Part shown: piece by piece, positions 20,378 to 30,833 of the stretch
How positions within the stretch are numbered: the first letter of the stretch is position 1
Layout of the letters: every line of letters begins with the position of its first letter
From: Pseudomonadota bacterium
Lineage (GTDB): Bacteria; Pseudomonadota; Alphaproteobacteria; SHVP01
DNA: 64,000 bases
Assembly (NCBI GenBank): GCA_027622715.1
Contig: JAQBYN010000015.1
Span: forward strand, 11,745-75,744
Reading direction: 5' to 3'
The notes under the pieces: model-generated
Seen by the model: only the letters and a program-made list of their open reading frames with translations
What the model was told of the DNA's origin: nothing
Databases searched by the model: none
Program-made: the position numbers and the translations under genes

Positions 20378-22564
20378 ATGGCAATTGAGCACGATCCAGC
20401 GGTGAACCTCGCCCCCTTTCCCCTGCCTTTCGAGAAAGGCGAAGGGGGAATTCCGTTCGAGCTGGTGTCCGACTTCCAACCGGCGGGGGACCAACCGCAA
20501 GCGATCGAGGCTCTGATAAGCGGCGTCGGCGAGCACGAGCAGGATCAAGTGCTACTGGGCGTCACCGGGTCCGGGAAAACCTTCACGATGGCGCATGTCA
20601 TCGCCCGGACCCAACGGCCAGCATTGATCATGGCGCCGAACAAGACTCTTGCCGCGCAGCTTTACGGCGAAATGCGCGACCTGTTTCCGAACAACGCCGT
20701 CGAATATTTCGTCTCCTATTACGACTACTACCAGCCGGAAGCGTATGTGGCGCGGACGGACACCTATATCGAGAAAGATTCATCGATCAACGAGCAGATC
20801 GACCGCATGCGCCACGCGGCGACACGATCGCTGTTCGAGCGCGATGACGTCATCATTGTCGCGAGTGTCTCGTGTATCTACGGCATGGGATCGCCCGAGA
20901 CCTACCTCGATATGACGATCCCGCTAAAGGTGGGCGAGACCTTCCCCTTGAAGGAACTGCTGAGGCGTTTGGTCGAGCTCCAGTACAAGCGCAACGATCA
21001 GAGCTTCGTACGCGGTGCGTTCCGGGTTCGCGGCGACACGGTCGAGCTGTTTCCCGCGCATTATGAAGACCGCGCCTGGCGTCTGTCGCTGTTCGGCGAC
21101 GAGATTGAATCGATTGTCGAGTTCGATCCGCTGACCGGAGAAAAGACCGAGAAATTGGAGTCCGTACGGGTCTACGCCAACTCGCATTACGTGACACCAC
21201 GACCAACGATCGCCCAGGCGATCAAGCGAATCAAACGCGACCTCGTCATTCGGTTGGACGAGTTCCGGCAGACCAACAAACTCCTCGAAGCGCAACGGCT
21301 GGAGCAACGCACCCAGTTCGACATCGAGATGATGGAGGCGACGGGCAGTTGCGCCGGCATCGAAAACTACTCGCGGTATTTGACCGGCCGCAAACCCGGC
21401 GAACCACCGCCGACATTGTTCGAGTATCTGCCCGACAATGCCCTGCTGATTGTCGACGAATCGCACGTCTCGGTGCCGCAAGTGGGGGGCATGTTCAAGG
21501 GCGACTTTCGTCGCAAGTCGACGCTGTCGGAGTTTGGCTTTCGCCTGCCGTCGTGCATCGACAATCGACCGCTCAAGTTCGAAGAGTGGGACACGATGCG
21601 GCCGCAAACAGTGTACGTCTCGGCTACCCCGGGGCCGTTCGAGATGGAGCGTGCGGCCGGCGTGGTCGTCGACCAAGTCATCCGGCCGACCGGCCTCATC
21701 GATCCGGTCTGCATCGTTCGCCCGGTCGAAAACCAGGTTGACGATCTGCTCCACGAATGCCGCGAGACGGTTGCCCGTGGCTTTCGCATTCTGGTCACCA
21801 CCCTGACCAAACGGATGGCTGAGGACCTGACCGAGTTCATGCACGAAGCCGGGTTGCGCGTGCGCTACCTCCATTCCGACATCGACACGCTCGAACGGAT
21901 CGAGATTCTGCGCGACCTGCGGCTCGGTGCTTTCGACGTTTTGGTTGGGATCAACCTGCTGCGCGAGGGCCTCGACATCCCGGAATGCGCGCTGGTCGCG
22001 ATCCTGGACGCCGACAAAGAAGGTTTCCTGCGGTCCCGCACCTCGCTCGTCCAGACCATCGGTCGGGCGGCTCGCAACCTCGAGGGACGGGTGATCCTCT
22101 ATGCCGACAAGATGACAGGCAGCCTCGACTACGCCCTGAAGGAGACCGAGCGCCGCCGCAACAAACAGCGGGCCTACAACGAGGCAAACGGCATTACGCC
22201 TGAAAGCGTACGCAAGAATATCTCGGACGTCCTACTGAGCGTGTTCGAAAAAGACTACGTCACGCCCGGTCTGTCCGAGGATGGCGACGGGTTCGAGCAT
22301 CTGGTTGGCCACAACCTGCGCGCCCATATTCAGGACGTAGAAAAGAAAATGTTGGAATACGCCTCCAACCTTGAGTTCGAGGACGCCGCCCGGTTGCGCG
22401 ACGAAATCAGCCGCCTAGAAAGCGCCGAGTTAGGCCTGCCCGGCGAATCAGCGAAGGACGTGCGGGCCCGCCAGCGCGAGTTGAAGAGCGGCGCACGCTC
22501 GTCTGGCGGCCGACCGGGGACGCGGGTCCGCCGTGGCAAGACCAACAAGACGACGTGGATCTGA
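20378..22564 (+). CDS. uvrB: Excinuclease ABC subunit B
   Basis: [47 protein letters not shown]-terminal UVR domain. Confidence 0.98.
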   Translation: MAIEHDPAVNLAPFPLPFEKGEGGIPFELVSDFQPAGDQPQAIEALISGVGEHEQDQVLLGVTGSGKTFTMAHVIARTQRPALIMAPNKTLAAQLYGEMRDLFPNNAVEYFVSYYDYYQPEAYVARTDTYIEKDSSINEQIDRMRHAATRSLFERDDVIIVASVSCIYGMGSPETYLDMTIPLKVGETFPLKELLRRLVELQYKRNDQSFVRGAFRVRGDTVELFPAHYEDRAWRLSLFGDEIESIVEFDPLTGEKTEKLESVRVYANSHYVTPRPTIAQAIKRIKRDLVIRLDEFRQTNKLLEAQRLEQRTQFDIEMMEATGSCAGIENYSRYLTGRKPGEPPPTLFEYLPDNALLIVDESHVSVPQVGGMFKGDFRRKSTLSEFGFRLPSCIDNRPLKFEEWDTMRPQTVYVSATPGPFEMERAAGVVVDQVIRPTGLIDPVCIVRPVENQVDDLLHECRETVARGFRILVTTLTKRMAEDLTEFMHEAGLRVRYLHSDIDTLERIEILRDLRLGAFDVLVGINLLREGLDIPECALVAILDADKEGFLRSRTSLVQTIGRAARNLEGRVILYADKMTGSLDYALKETERRRNKQRAYNEANGITPESVRKNISDVLLSVFEKDYVTPGLSEDGDGFEHLVGHNLRAHIQDVEKKMLEYASNLEFEDAARLRDEISRLESAELGLPGESAKDVRARQRELKSGARSSGGRPGTRVRRGKTNKTTWI

Positions 22565-22571
22565 CCGGCTG

Positions 22572-23432
22572 ATGGATCGCGCCCACCCGGTAGCCGTTCC
22601 ACCGTCTGCCGACGCCGCCTACCTTGCCCGGATCGTTTGCGAAACCTGTTGGGCCCACTTCCGGTCGTGGGCGGCGTGGCCCGGGATCGCGGTTCACGTC
22701 GAATCGGATGTCACCTGGACCGAAGCACCGATCCCCCACATATTCTTCAACCAGGTCTACGGCGCCCGATTCGGACGCGGCGAAAGTCGGCGTCGGATCG
22801 CCACCATGGTCTCCCACGCACGTCATCTCAACGTGCCTCTAATATGGCGGGTTGGGGCCGACAGCGCGCCAGAGAACCTCGGTTCGCGCCTTGAAGAGGG
22901 CGGCTTTTCGTTTGGCGACGAAGCGGTCGCGATGGCGATGGACCTCCAACGTTTGGAAGCCGGCGAAGACATCGCCGACCATGTCACGATCGAATCGGTG
23001 CGCGACGACGCTACGCTACGCGAGTGGAATGAGATTGGACTTGAAGGCTTCGAATTTCCCAACTTCGCTGGCGAACCGTCGTTTCAGTTGCACCGCGCCA
23101 TTGGGCTGGATACCGCGCAACCGCATCAGCATTTCGTCGCGCGAATTGACGGCGTCGCAGTAGGGATGGCGACGCTCACCATCTACTGCGGGGTTGCGAC
23201 GCTCCAGAATCTTGCGACCCGCGCAGCGTATCGTCGTCGGGGCATCGGCACCGCGCTGACGCGGCATGCCATGCGCGAAGGGCGAAAACGTGGATTCCTG
23301 ACCGGCGTGTTGCAGGCATCGCCGATGGGCCGGGGCGTCTATCGGGACATCGGTTTTCGCGACGTCGGGATCGTATCGTCGTACTTGCTAGACGTTGCGG
23401 TCCCCGCGGTGCGCGCACCTATGAACGGCTAG
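22572..23432 (+). CDS. GNAT family N-acetyltransferase
   Basis: Motif A (LATRAAYRRRGIG) and LQASPMGRGVYRDIGF. Confidence 0.85.
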   Translation: MDRAHPVAVPPSADAAYLARIVCETCWAHFRSWAAWPGIAVHVESDVTWTEAPIPHIFFNQVYGARFGRGESRRRIATMVSHARHLNVPLIWRVGADSAPENLGSRLEEGGFSFGDEAVAMAMDLQRLEAGEDIADHVTIESVRDDATLREWNEIGLEGFEFPNFAGEPSFQLHRAIGLDTAQPHQHFVARIDGVAVGMATLTIYCGVATLQNLATRAAYRRRGIGTALTRHAMREGRKRGFLTGVLQASPMGRGVYRDIGFRDVGIVSSYLLDVAVPAVRAPMNG

Positions 23433-24034
23433 AGCAGTCCGGCAGCGGCGCCAAACCGTCCAGCAAAGACAAACTCATCCAGCGGCTTGCGTGTCCGTGG
23501 GTTGGGTTCGCGCGCGCGGTCTTTTTCCTCGGGCAGCAATGCCGCATCGCCCTGATAGCCGAGGGCGATGGCGCTGACCGGATCGAAATCCGGTGGCACC
23601 GCGTAGACCTCGCGAATCTTGTCGAGGTCGATGCCGGACATGTGGTGGGTGCGCAGGCCAAGCGCCTCCGCTTGGATCGATAACATTGCGGTCGCCATGC
23701 CAAGGTCGTGCTGGGCCGTCCGGTTGACCCGCTCTTCACCGGCCCATTTCAGACGGGCGAAGGTGAGAATGAGGACGGGGGCCAGCGCCGCCCAGCTCTG
23801 GTTGCCTGGTACGAGACATTGCAGCATCTGATCGAACGCCGCCTTGTCGCTACGCTGCGCGACAATGAATGCCCATGGTTGACCGTTGCTGGAAGAAGCT
23901 GCCCAGCGCGCCGCCTCGAACACGGCCAGTAATTTAGCCGGCTCGACCGGTCGGTCAGTAAAGGCGCGCGGGCTCCATCGATTCGCTAACAATTCATGGA
24001 TTGGGGCGGCGGTTTCGGCGGTTTTGTGGAGCAT
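23429..24034 (-). CDS. Nitroreductase family protein
   Basis: RWSPRAF, AASSSNGQPW, HDLG, ALGY, RTRKPL. Confidence 0.92.
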   Translation of the reverse strand: MLHKTAETAAPIHELLANRWSPRAFTDRPVEPAKLLAVFEAARWAASSSNGQPWAFIVAQRSDKAAFDQMLQCLVPGNQSWAALAPVLILTFARLKWAGEERVNRTAQHDLGMATAMLSIQAEALGLRTHHMSGIDLDKIREVYAVPPDFDPVSAIALGYQGDAALLPEEKDRAREPNPRTRKPLDEFVFAGRFGAAAGLL

Positions 24035-24096
24035 GAGGCCTCGCGAATGGATCGGGTTGCGCGCTTATACTCCCTCCAATAAAAAACAACAATATT

Positions 24097-24113
24097 ATGT
24101 GATATAATCACAT
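24097..24113. promoter_or_regulatory. AT-rich 7-3-7 dyad (candidate operator) between divergent nitroreductase and yeeE/yedE
   Basis: ATGTGAT-ATA-ATCACAT has perfect inverted arms. Confidence 0.55.
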
Positions 24114-24163
24114 TTACGTCCGTCTATTGTATTAATGGCCAATTGACCCCAGTTCGGCCTCAG

Positions 24164-24201
24164 GACCTAATAGTCGCCGACAGACCTAATAGTCGCCGAC
24201 A
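24164..24201 (+). repeat. Perfect 19-bp tandem duplication
   Basis: GACCTAATAGTCGCCGACA twice (24164-24182 and 24183-24201). Confidence 0.95.
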
Positions 24202-24227
24202 TATGAAAAACTTCTGGTCGAGGACAT

Positions 24228-24650
24228 ATGGAAAACTTCACACCGATCTCCGCACTCGTCGGGGGTAGCCTGATTGGCTTGTCGGCGGCGCTGTTGTTTG
24301 CCCTCAACGGTCGTCTTGCCGGAATCAGCGGCCTCTTGGCCGGACTCATGCCGGCGGCACGGCAAGACGCCACCTGGCGGGTCATGTTCTTGGTCGGTCT
24401 TATCGTTGGTACCGGTGTCTGGCTTGCGGCGACCGGCCGACCGGTGGTCGCATTCGATGTTGGATGGCCGGTGATCGTCGGCGGTGGTGTCCTGACGGGG
24501 ATCGGTACCCGGATCGGCGCCGGCTGCACCTCTGGTCACGGCGTCTGCGGCCTCGCCCGTTTGTCGCCGCGCTCACTCGTTGCGACCGTCACATTCGTCG
24601 GTGTTGGCGGGCTGACCGTCTTCGTCGCCCGCCACGTGATGGGGGTCTGA
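24228..24650 (+). CDS. YeeE/YedE family sulfur-compound transporter subunit (PmpA/PmpB type)
   Basis: GRLAGISG, GTRIGAGCTSGHGVCG, RLSPRS. Confidence 0.9.
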   Translation: MENFTPISALVGGSLIGLSAALLFALNGRLAGISGLLAGLMPAARQDATWRVMFLVGLIVGTGVWLAATGRPVVAFDVGWPVIVGGGVLTGIGTRIGAGCTSGHGVCGLARLSPRSLVATVTFVGVGGLTVFVARHVMGV

Positions 24651-24652
24651 TC

Positions 24653-25102
24653 ATGGCGCGCAATCTTGTCGCGTTGGCCGCCGGGCTCATCTTTGGCCTG
24701 GGCTTGGCAATTTCGGAAATGGTCAGTCCTTTGAAGGTCAAAGCGTTCCTCGATGTCGCGGGCGACTGGGACCCGAGTTTGATTTTGGTAATGGGCAGCG
24801 CCGTCGTTGTCAGCTTCGTCGCCTTCCGGTTGATCTTGCGGCGCCCACAGCCTGTGCTCGATCTCAAATTCGACATCCCAACGCGGCGCGATATCGACGG
24901 TCGACTAGTCGGCGGCGCCGTGGTGTTCGGCGTGGGTTGGGGGTTAGTGGGGCTGTGCCCAGGCCCTGCGTTGTCTGGGCTGGTCTACGGGAACGTCGAA
25001 TCCTTCGTGTTTGTTGGCGCGATGCTGGTTGGCCTAGCGATCGGACCGCGACTCGTCACCCTGGTCGGCGCGCCACCGGTCGCGAGCGCGACGCCGGGCT
25101 AA
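24653..25102 (+). CDS. YeeE/YedE family partner subunit
   Basis: FGLGLAISEM..P.KV..FLD..GDWDPSL, FGVGWGLVGLCPGP. Confidence 0.9.
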   Translation: MARNLVALAAGLIFGLGLAISEMVSPLKVKAFLDVAGDWDPSLILVMGSAVVVSFVAFRLILRRPQPVLDLKFDIPTRRDIDGRLVGGAVVFGVGWGLVGLCPGPALSGLVYGNVESFVFVGAMLVGLAIGPRLVTLVGAPPVASATPG

Positions 25103-25281
25103 GCAACCAGCCTGCCCCGCCTTCTGCGGACACGCCCAAACGCTTACCTGAGCGAATAAAACAGCCCTGCCCTTGAAAAACGGCAGCCCCATCCCCCAGA
25201 TTGGGGGATCGGCGGCCAGTAGGCGGCTACCCATCACTGGCCACGCTGTGGCGGCGCGGCACTCGATCGGACGCCCAAAGC

Positions 25282-26250
25282 ATGGATTTTCTCTTCGTCG
25301 CGGGTGGCCTGCTCCTCCTATTTCTTGGCGGGGATTTTTTGGTCCGGGGTTCGGTCGCGCTCGCCCATCGGCTGGGGATTTCGACCCTCGTTATCGCCCT
25401 AACCGTCGTCGCCTTCGGCACCTCGACCCCAGAGCTCATCGTCAGCGTCGGTGCCGCGCTAAAGGGGTCCCCGGAACTCGCGATCGGCAATATCGTCGGC
25501 AGCAATATCGCCAACATTCTGCTGGTGCTTGGACTGCCGGCCATGATTGCGCCGCTTGGCACCGGCAATAAATCAGCGGGGCGTGATCTTGGCTTGCTGT
25601 TTGCGGCCGGCCTCATTTTCACGGCCCTTGCCTGGAACAATGTCATCGCGTTTTGGGAAGGCGCCGCGATGGTGGCGATGCTCGTCGGCTACTTGGGGCT
25701 GGCCTATACCCTGGCCCGGCGTGATGCGTCGGCGGCCCGACTGTATGCCGAGGAACTCGATGAATTCGAGGTAGGCCCGCAAAAGAAGCCGTTTATCGCG
25801 CTCTCCATCATCGGCGGTTTGGTCGCCCTTTTCGCCGGATCGACGCTGCTGGTCGAAGGCGCCGTCAATATCGCGCGCGCGGCCGGCATTTCCGAAGCCG
25901 TGATCGGGCTAACGCTTGTTGCTTTCGGCACCTCACTGCCCGAACTGGTGACATCCTTTGTCGCGCTGATCCGCAAACATGGCGATGTCGCCCTCGGCAA
26001 CGTGCTGGGTAGCAATCTATTCAATCTATTGGGCGTCGGCGGTATTACAGCATTGGTCACGCCGATCCCAGTGCCGCCACGCATGCTCATCTTCGACATT
26101 CCGGTTATGATCGGCGTCGTGATCATCCTGTCCCCCTTCATTCTTTGGCGCCTGCGCTTCGGTCGCCTGGCCGGCACCATCTTCATCGGCGCCTATGTCC
26201 TGTATGTCTGGTCGCAATTCAACGGCCTGTCCGGCGTTTCAATCGGATGA
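25282..26250 (+). CDS. Calcium/sodium antiporter (YrbG family)
   Basis: Two alpha-repeats: FGTSTPEL...GNIVGSNIAN and FGTSLPEL...GNVLGSNLFN. Confidence 0.93.
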   Translation: MDFLFVAGGLLLLFLGGDFLVRGSVALAHRLGISTLVIALTVVAFGTSTPELIVSVGAALKGSPELAIGNIVGSNIANILLVLGLPAMIAPLGTGNKSAGRDLGLLFAAGLIFTALAWNNVIAFWEGAAMVAMLVGYLGLAYTLARRDASAARLYAEELDEFEVGPQKKPFIALSIIGGLVALFAGSTLLVEGAVNIARAAGISEAVIGLTLVAFGTSLPELVTSFVALIRKHGDVALGNVLGSNLFNLLGVGGITALVTPIPVPPRMLIFDIPVMIGVVIILSPFILWRLRFGRLAGTIFIGAYVLYVWSQFNGLSGVSIG

Positions 26251-27005
26251 GCGCCAAAGGCGCCGCATTGGTAACCGGCGCCGGCAAGCGGATCGGCCGC
26301 GCCATTGCTCTTGATCTGGCGGCCGCGGGGTGGTCGATCGCTGTCCACCATCACCAGTCAACGGCTGAGGCCGACGCAATCGTTGGTGAAATAGTCGCCG
26401 CGGGTGGCAACGCGGCCGCGCTTGCTGCGGACTTGTCCGATGCGCAGGCGACGGCGACCTTGGTCGATCGCGCCACGGACTCGCTCGGCCCGGTGACGGT
26501 TCTTATCAACAACGCGTCGGCGTTCGAGCGCGATTCCATTACGGATCTGACCGCCGACCTGTGGAACACCCATCTCGACATCAACCTGCGGGCGCCAGCG
26601 ATTTTGACCAAATCCTTCGCCGCTGCGCTGCCCGACGAAGTTAGCGGTAACGTCATCAACTTGATCGACCAGCGGGTCTGGAACCTGACCGGCGAATTCA
26701 TCTCGTATTCGGTAAGCAAAGTCGGCCTGTGGGGTTTGACCCAAATGACCGCGCTTGCCCTAGCACCCCGCATCCGCGTCAACGGGATCGGGCCCGGACC
26801 GGTTTTGCCAAGTGCGCGTCAAAGCGCCGCTGACTTCGCGCGGCAGTGCGCCGCCACGCCGCTCGGGCGCGGCTCGTCACCGCAGGAAATTTGCGATGCC
26901 ATCCGATATATCCTCGCAGCACCGGCGATGACCGGACAGATGATCGCGCTCGACGGCGGCGCGCATTTGACGTGGAAGTCTGCAAGTGGGGCGCCGCCGG
27001 AATGA
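26247..27005 (+). CDS. Pteridine reductase/FolM-like SDR
   Basis: TGAGKRIG, NNAS, IDQR, YSVSK; overlaps folB. Confidence 0.85.
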   Translation: MSAKGAALVTGAGKRIGRAIALDLAAAGWSIAVHHHQSTAEADAIVGEIVAAGGNAAALAADLSDAQATATLVDRATDSLGPVTVLINNASAFERDSITDLTADLWNTHLDINLRAPAILTKSFAAALPDEVSGNVINLIDQRVWNLTGEFISYSVSKVGLWGLTQMTALALAPRIRVNGIGPGPVLPSARQSAADFARQCAATPLGRGSSPQEICDAIRYILAAPAMTGQMIALDGGAHLTWKSASGAPPE

Positions 27006-27421
27006 CCAGCACCTCCAAAATCCAACCGCTTCGCCTCGCCGATGCCGAGAGCGGCGTCCGTCATGTCTTTGTGCGAGACCTCGTGCTCCAAGCGGAAATC
27101 GGCGTTCATCGCCATGAGAAGCGCCGCCAACAACCCATCCGGGTCAATATCGATCTGACGGTCAAGGAGGACGCCCGACCACTCGATGACCGCCTTGAGA
27201 ATGTCGTCGACTACGAAACCCTGATCGAAGGCGTGCGGCGCCTGATCGGTGCCGGCCATATCAATCTCGTCGAGACCTTGGCCGAGCAAATCGCCGGCCT
27301 GGCACTGTCCGACAGCAGGGTGATCACGACGCGCGTACGTGTGGAAAAACTTCAAGTCGTGAAAGATGCTGAAAGCGTGGGTGTTGAGATCGAGCGTCGG
27401 CGATCAGGGCTAGAGCGCTGA
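27002..27421 (+). CDS. folB: Dihydroneopterin aldolase
   Basis: IGVHRHEK..QQ, VVDY, LVETLAE, VRVEK, SVGVEI. Confidence 0.9.
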   Translation: MTSTSKIQPLRLADAESGVRHVFVRDLVLQAEIGVHRHEKRRQQPIRVNIDLTVKEDARPLDDRLENVVDYETLIEGVRRLIGAGHINLVETLAEQIAGLALSDSRVITTRVRVEKLQVVKDAESVGVEIERRRSGLER

Positions 27422-27795
27422 GAATACCGACGAATTCTTAGTGAGACCCAGTTTGTCGACTTGTGCACAAGGCGCGCGGTACGCCCCTAACGGGTGTTGC
27501 AGAACCGGCACACACGGCACGCCGCGAACCGCTTGATTTTGATATCTGCTGAAACTTCAATGGGTTACAGAACATGCTCAATATTTGGGCATAGTGGAGT
27601 CACGCCCGGAAATCCACGCTCGGCACCCCGTCGCGGGCGATCCGCCCACAAACTTGTCCCCAGGAGTCGTGGACATCATCACAGCCGCGTCACATTTCGC
27701 GACCACACCGAGTATTGCGCGCCCAGCAATTCGACCACCAGGGGTGGCACCCGACACGTTGACGGTCGAACCTACGGTCGCGATATAACCTACTG

Positions 27796-29688
27796 ATGAC
27801 CGCCACCCCCGCCGAACCCGGTACAGACGAGGAACCGCCACCACCGGGTGCCGGGCGTGCTGTTATTCGTGCCGCGCTGAAGTCCATGCCCGGTGTCCCG
27901 GGCGTCTACCGAATGCTCAATCGTCGCGGCGAGGTTCTTTACGTCGGCAAAGCCCGCAATCTCAAGAAACGGGTCGGCAGCTATGCCAACCGGACCGGTC
28001 ACACCAACCGCATCTTGAATATGATTGCCGCGACGGCCTCGATGGAGATCGTCACGACCCACACGGAGGTCGAGGCGCTGCTGCTTGAATCAAATCTGAT
28101 CAAGCGCCTCAAGCCACGGTTCAACGTCACGCTGCGGGACGATAAGTCGTTTCCGTACATCATGATCCGGCGCGACCACAACTGGGCACAGATCGCCAAA
28201 CACCGCGGCGCCCGCGACCGCGACGCCGAGTATTTTGGCCCCTTCGCTTCGGCCGGCGCGGTCAACCGAACGCTCTCCGCGTTACAACGCGCGTTCCCCC
28301 TGCGGTCATGTAGCGATTCCGTTTTCGAAAGCCGCACCCGCCCCTGCCTTCAATTTCAGATCAAACGCTGCACGGCGCCCTGTGTCGGCCGAATCGAAAA
28401 ACCCGACTATGAAGAAATCGTCCATCAAGCGCGGGACTTTTTAACCGGCAAAAGCCATGAGATTCAGCAACGGCTTGCGTCATTGATGACCACCGCAGCG
28501 GAAACCCGCGACTACGAAACCGCGGCAATGTACCGCGACCGGATCAGAGCGCTTGCCCACATCCAAGCACGACAGGGCATCAACGTTCAGACGGTCGACG
28601 AGGCCGACATCATGGCGTTGCATCAAGAAGGCGGTCAGGTCTGCGTCCAGGTCTTTTTCTTCCGCGGCGGCCAGAATTTCGGCAGTCGTGCCTATTTTCC
28701 GGTCCACACCCAGTCGATGGACCCGCCGGAAATCCTCACCGCGTTCTTCGGCCAATTCTATGAAAGCCGACCGGCGCCACGGTTGATCTTAACCAACCAC
28801 GACTGCGAAGAGCGCGCGCTGATCGAAGAAGCGCTGTCGATCCGCGCCGGCCACTCGGTGAAAATAAATCGGCCGCAGCGCGGCGAAAAAGCCGACCTCG
28901 TGCGTCATGCGCTCGCCAACGCCAGTGACGCACTGCGCCGACGCATGGCCGAAAGCGCAACCCAACGCGCCTTGCTGGAGGGCATTGCCGAAACGTTCAA
29001 GCTGGAAAGTGCGCCCGAACGGATCGAGGTCTACGACAACAGCCACGTCAGCGGCACGCACGCGGTCGGCGCGATGATTGTTGCGGGCCCGGACGGCTTC
29101 ATGAAAGCCCACTACCGCAAGTTCAATATTCGCGACAAAGACCTATCCCCAGGCGACGACTACGGCATGATGCGCGAGGTTCTGACACGCCGGTTTAAGC
29201 GCCTGCTCAAGGATGACGAAGGCCATGCCGGGACCTCGTGGCCGGGGCTTGTCCTGATCGATGGCGGACGCGGCCAGCTAGGCGTCGCAAAAGCGGTCCT
29301 TGCCGATCTAGGGGTAAGCGATGTGCCGATCGCCGGCATCGCCAAAGGGCCCGATCGCAACGCGGGGCGAGAGCGGTTGTTCCTCGATGATGGCACCGTC
29401 ATTCGTCTCGAGCCGCGCGATCCAGTGCTGTACTTCCTGCAGCGCATGCGAGACGAGGCGCACCGCTTCGCCATCGGTAGCCACCGGGCGCGCCGCTCAA
29501 AGGCAATCGGCACGTCACCGCTTGACGAGATCCCAGGCATCGGCGCCCGGCGTAAACGCGCCCTGCTGCATCATTTCGGGTCGGCCGGAGAAGTGGCGCG
29601 GGCCGGCCTGCATGACCTTGAAAAGGTCGACGGGATTAGCGGCAATGTCGCCAAGGTCGTCTATGGTTTCTTTCACAGCGAAACCTAA
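27796..29688 (+). CDS. uvrC: Excinuclease ABC subunit C
   Basis: GIY-YIG domain PGVYRM...[27 protein letters not shown], HhH. Confidence 0.98.
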   Translation: MTATPAEPGTDEEPPPPGAGRAVIRAALKSMPGVPGVYRMLNRRGEVLYVGKARNLKKRVGSYANRTGHTNRILNMIAATASMEIVTTHTEVEALLLESNLIKRLKPRFNVTLRDDKSFPYIMIRRDHNWAQIAKHRGARDRDAEYFGPFASAGAVNRTLSALQRAFPLRSCSDSVFESRTRPCLQFQIKRCTAPCVGRIEKPDYEEIVHQARDFLTGKSHEIQQRLASLMTTAAETRDYETAAMYRDRIRALAHIQARQGINVQTVDEADIMALHQEGGQVCVQVFFFRGGQNFGSRAYFPVHTQSMDPPEILTAFFGQFYESRPAPRLILTNHDCEERALIEEALSIRAGHSVKINRPQRGEKADLVRHALANASDALRRRMAESATQRALLEGIAETFKLESAPERIEVYDNSHVSGTHAVGAMIVAGPDGFMKAHYRKFNIRDKDLSPGDDYGMMREVLTRRFKRLLKDDEGHAGTSWPGLVLIDGGRGQLGVAKAVLADLGVSDVPIAGIAKGPDRNAGRERLFLDDGTVIRLEPRDPVLYFLQRMRDEAHRFAIGSHRARRSKAIGTSPLDEIPGIGARRKRALLHHFGSAGEVARAGLHDLEKVDGISGNVAKVVYGFFHSET

Positions 29689-29732
29689 CGCTATGCGACA
29701 TGGTACGATCCGAGTCTAACCCCACGGGGACA

Positions 29733-30314
29733 ATGGATACCAACCTTCCAAACCTACTCACGTTGTCGCGTATCGCTGTGATTCCGTTAATCATTGCCGC
29801 GTTCTATCTACCTGTGCCGGCCTCCAGTTGGACCGCGTTCGGGCTCTTCGCGTATGCCAGCGTCACCGACTATTTTGACGGCATGCTGGCGCGGCGACGC
29901 AACCAAACTACCGACTTCGGGCGATTTCTCGATCCGATTGCCGACAAACTCCTGGTTGCCGCCGTTGTTATTATGATGGTCGCGGCCGGTACCATTGCGG
30001 GTGCCGCGGTAATTGCCGCGATGCTCATCTTGTTGCGCGAAATATTGGTGTCGGGCCTTCGCGAGTTTCTCGCCGGTAGACAGATCGGCGTACCGGTCAG
30101 CCGTTTGGCCAAATGGAAGACCGGTGTCCAGCTGGTTGCGATTGCACTGCTTTTATTGACGGACGCGCTACCGCAGGTGGGTGCGGTCGGGACCGGTTTA
30201 TTGTGGATCGCCGCCGTGCTCACTGTGTACACCGGCTACGACTACCTGCGCGGAAGCATCGCGCAGTTAACGGCGAAGCCCGAGCGTGCCGACCCAGCGG
30301 CAGACCGGCGATGA
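29733..30314 (+). CDS. pgsA: CDP-diacylglycerol--glycerol-3-phosphate 3-phosphatidyltransferase
   Basis: LPNLLTLSRI, TDYFDGMLAR...FGRFLDPIADK, REILVSGLRE; follows uvrC. Confidence 0.96.
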   Translation: MDTNLPNLLTLSRIAVIPLIIAAFYLPVPASSWTAFGLFAYASVTDYFDGMLARRRNQTTDFGRFLDPIADKLLVAAVVIMMVAAGTIAGAAVIAAMLILLREILVSGLREFLAGRQIGVPVSRLAKWKTGVQLVAIALLLLTDALPQVGAVGTGLLWIAAVLTVYTGYDYLRGSIAQLTAKPERADPAADRR

Positions 30315-30832
30315 AGGTTTTTGGTCTCGCCGGATACTCAGGGAGCGGCAAAACGACGTTGATGGTCCGGCTCCTGCCGCTTCTCATCGCGCACGGCATC
30401 AAAGTTTCGACAATCAAACACGCCCATCATCAATTCGACGTCGATCAACCGGGCAAAGATTCCTTTGAGCATCGGGCCGCCGGCGCGACCGAAGTGATGG
30501 TGTCATCGGCGACACGCTGGGCGCTGCTGCACGAACATCGCGGCGCGCCCGAGGCTGAACTCGGCGATCTGCTGGAACGCATGTCGCCTGTCGACCTTGT
30601 GCTGGTCGAAGGGTTCAAGCGCGACCGGCACGACAAGCTGGAAATTGTCCGCGGTGATGAGGCGACGCCGTCCCTTTGCCGAACCGATCCAAATGTCGTG
30701 GCCCTCGCCAGTGATCGGCAATGGCCGGACGCGGCCTGCCCGGTCCTGTCTCTCAACGATCCGCAAGCGATCGCAGGGTTCATCCTTCAACACTGCGATC
30801 TTCGCCAAATGCCGCTCGCCGAAGACGCCTGA
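30311..30832 (+). CDS. mobB: Molybdopterin-guanine dinucleotide biosynthesis protein B
   Basis: GYSGSGKTT, KHAHH.FDVD.PGKDS, LVEGFK. Confidence 0.95.
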   Translation: MKVFGLAGYSGSGKTTLMVRLLPLLIAHGIKVSTIKHAHHQFDVDQPGKDSFEHRAAGATEVMVSSATRWALLHEHRGAPEAELGDLLERMSPVDLVLVEGFKRDRHDKLEIVRGDEATPSLCRTDPNVVALASDRQWPDAACPVLSLNDPQAIAGFILQHCDLRQMPLAEDA

Positions 30833-30833
30833 C

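Noticed and set aside
24098..24112. CRP/FNR site
   Set aside because: The spacing is TGTGA-N5-TCACA, not the N6 required for CRP, and it is not TTGAT-N4-ATCAA.
24164..24239. Repeats as a mini-CRISPR
   Set aside because: Only two abutting 19-bp copies with no spacer and no cas genes.
29689..30314. tRNA or integration site after uvrC-pgsA, as in gammaproteobacteria
   Set aside because: pgsA overlaps mobB directly; no cloverleaf or integrase is present.
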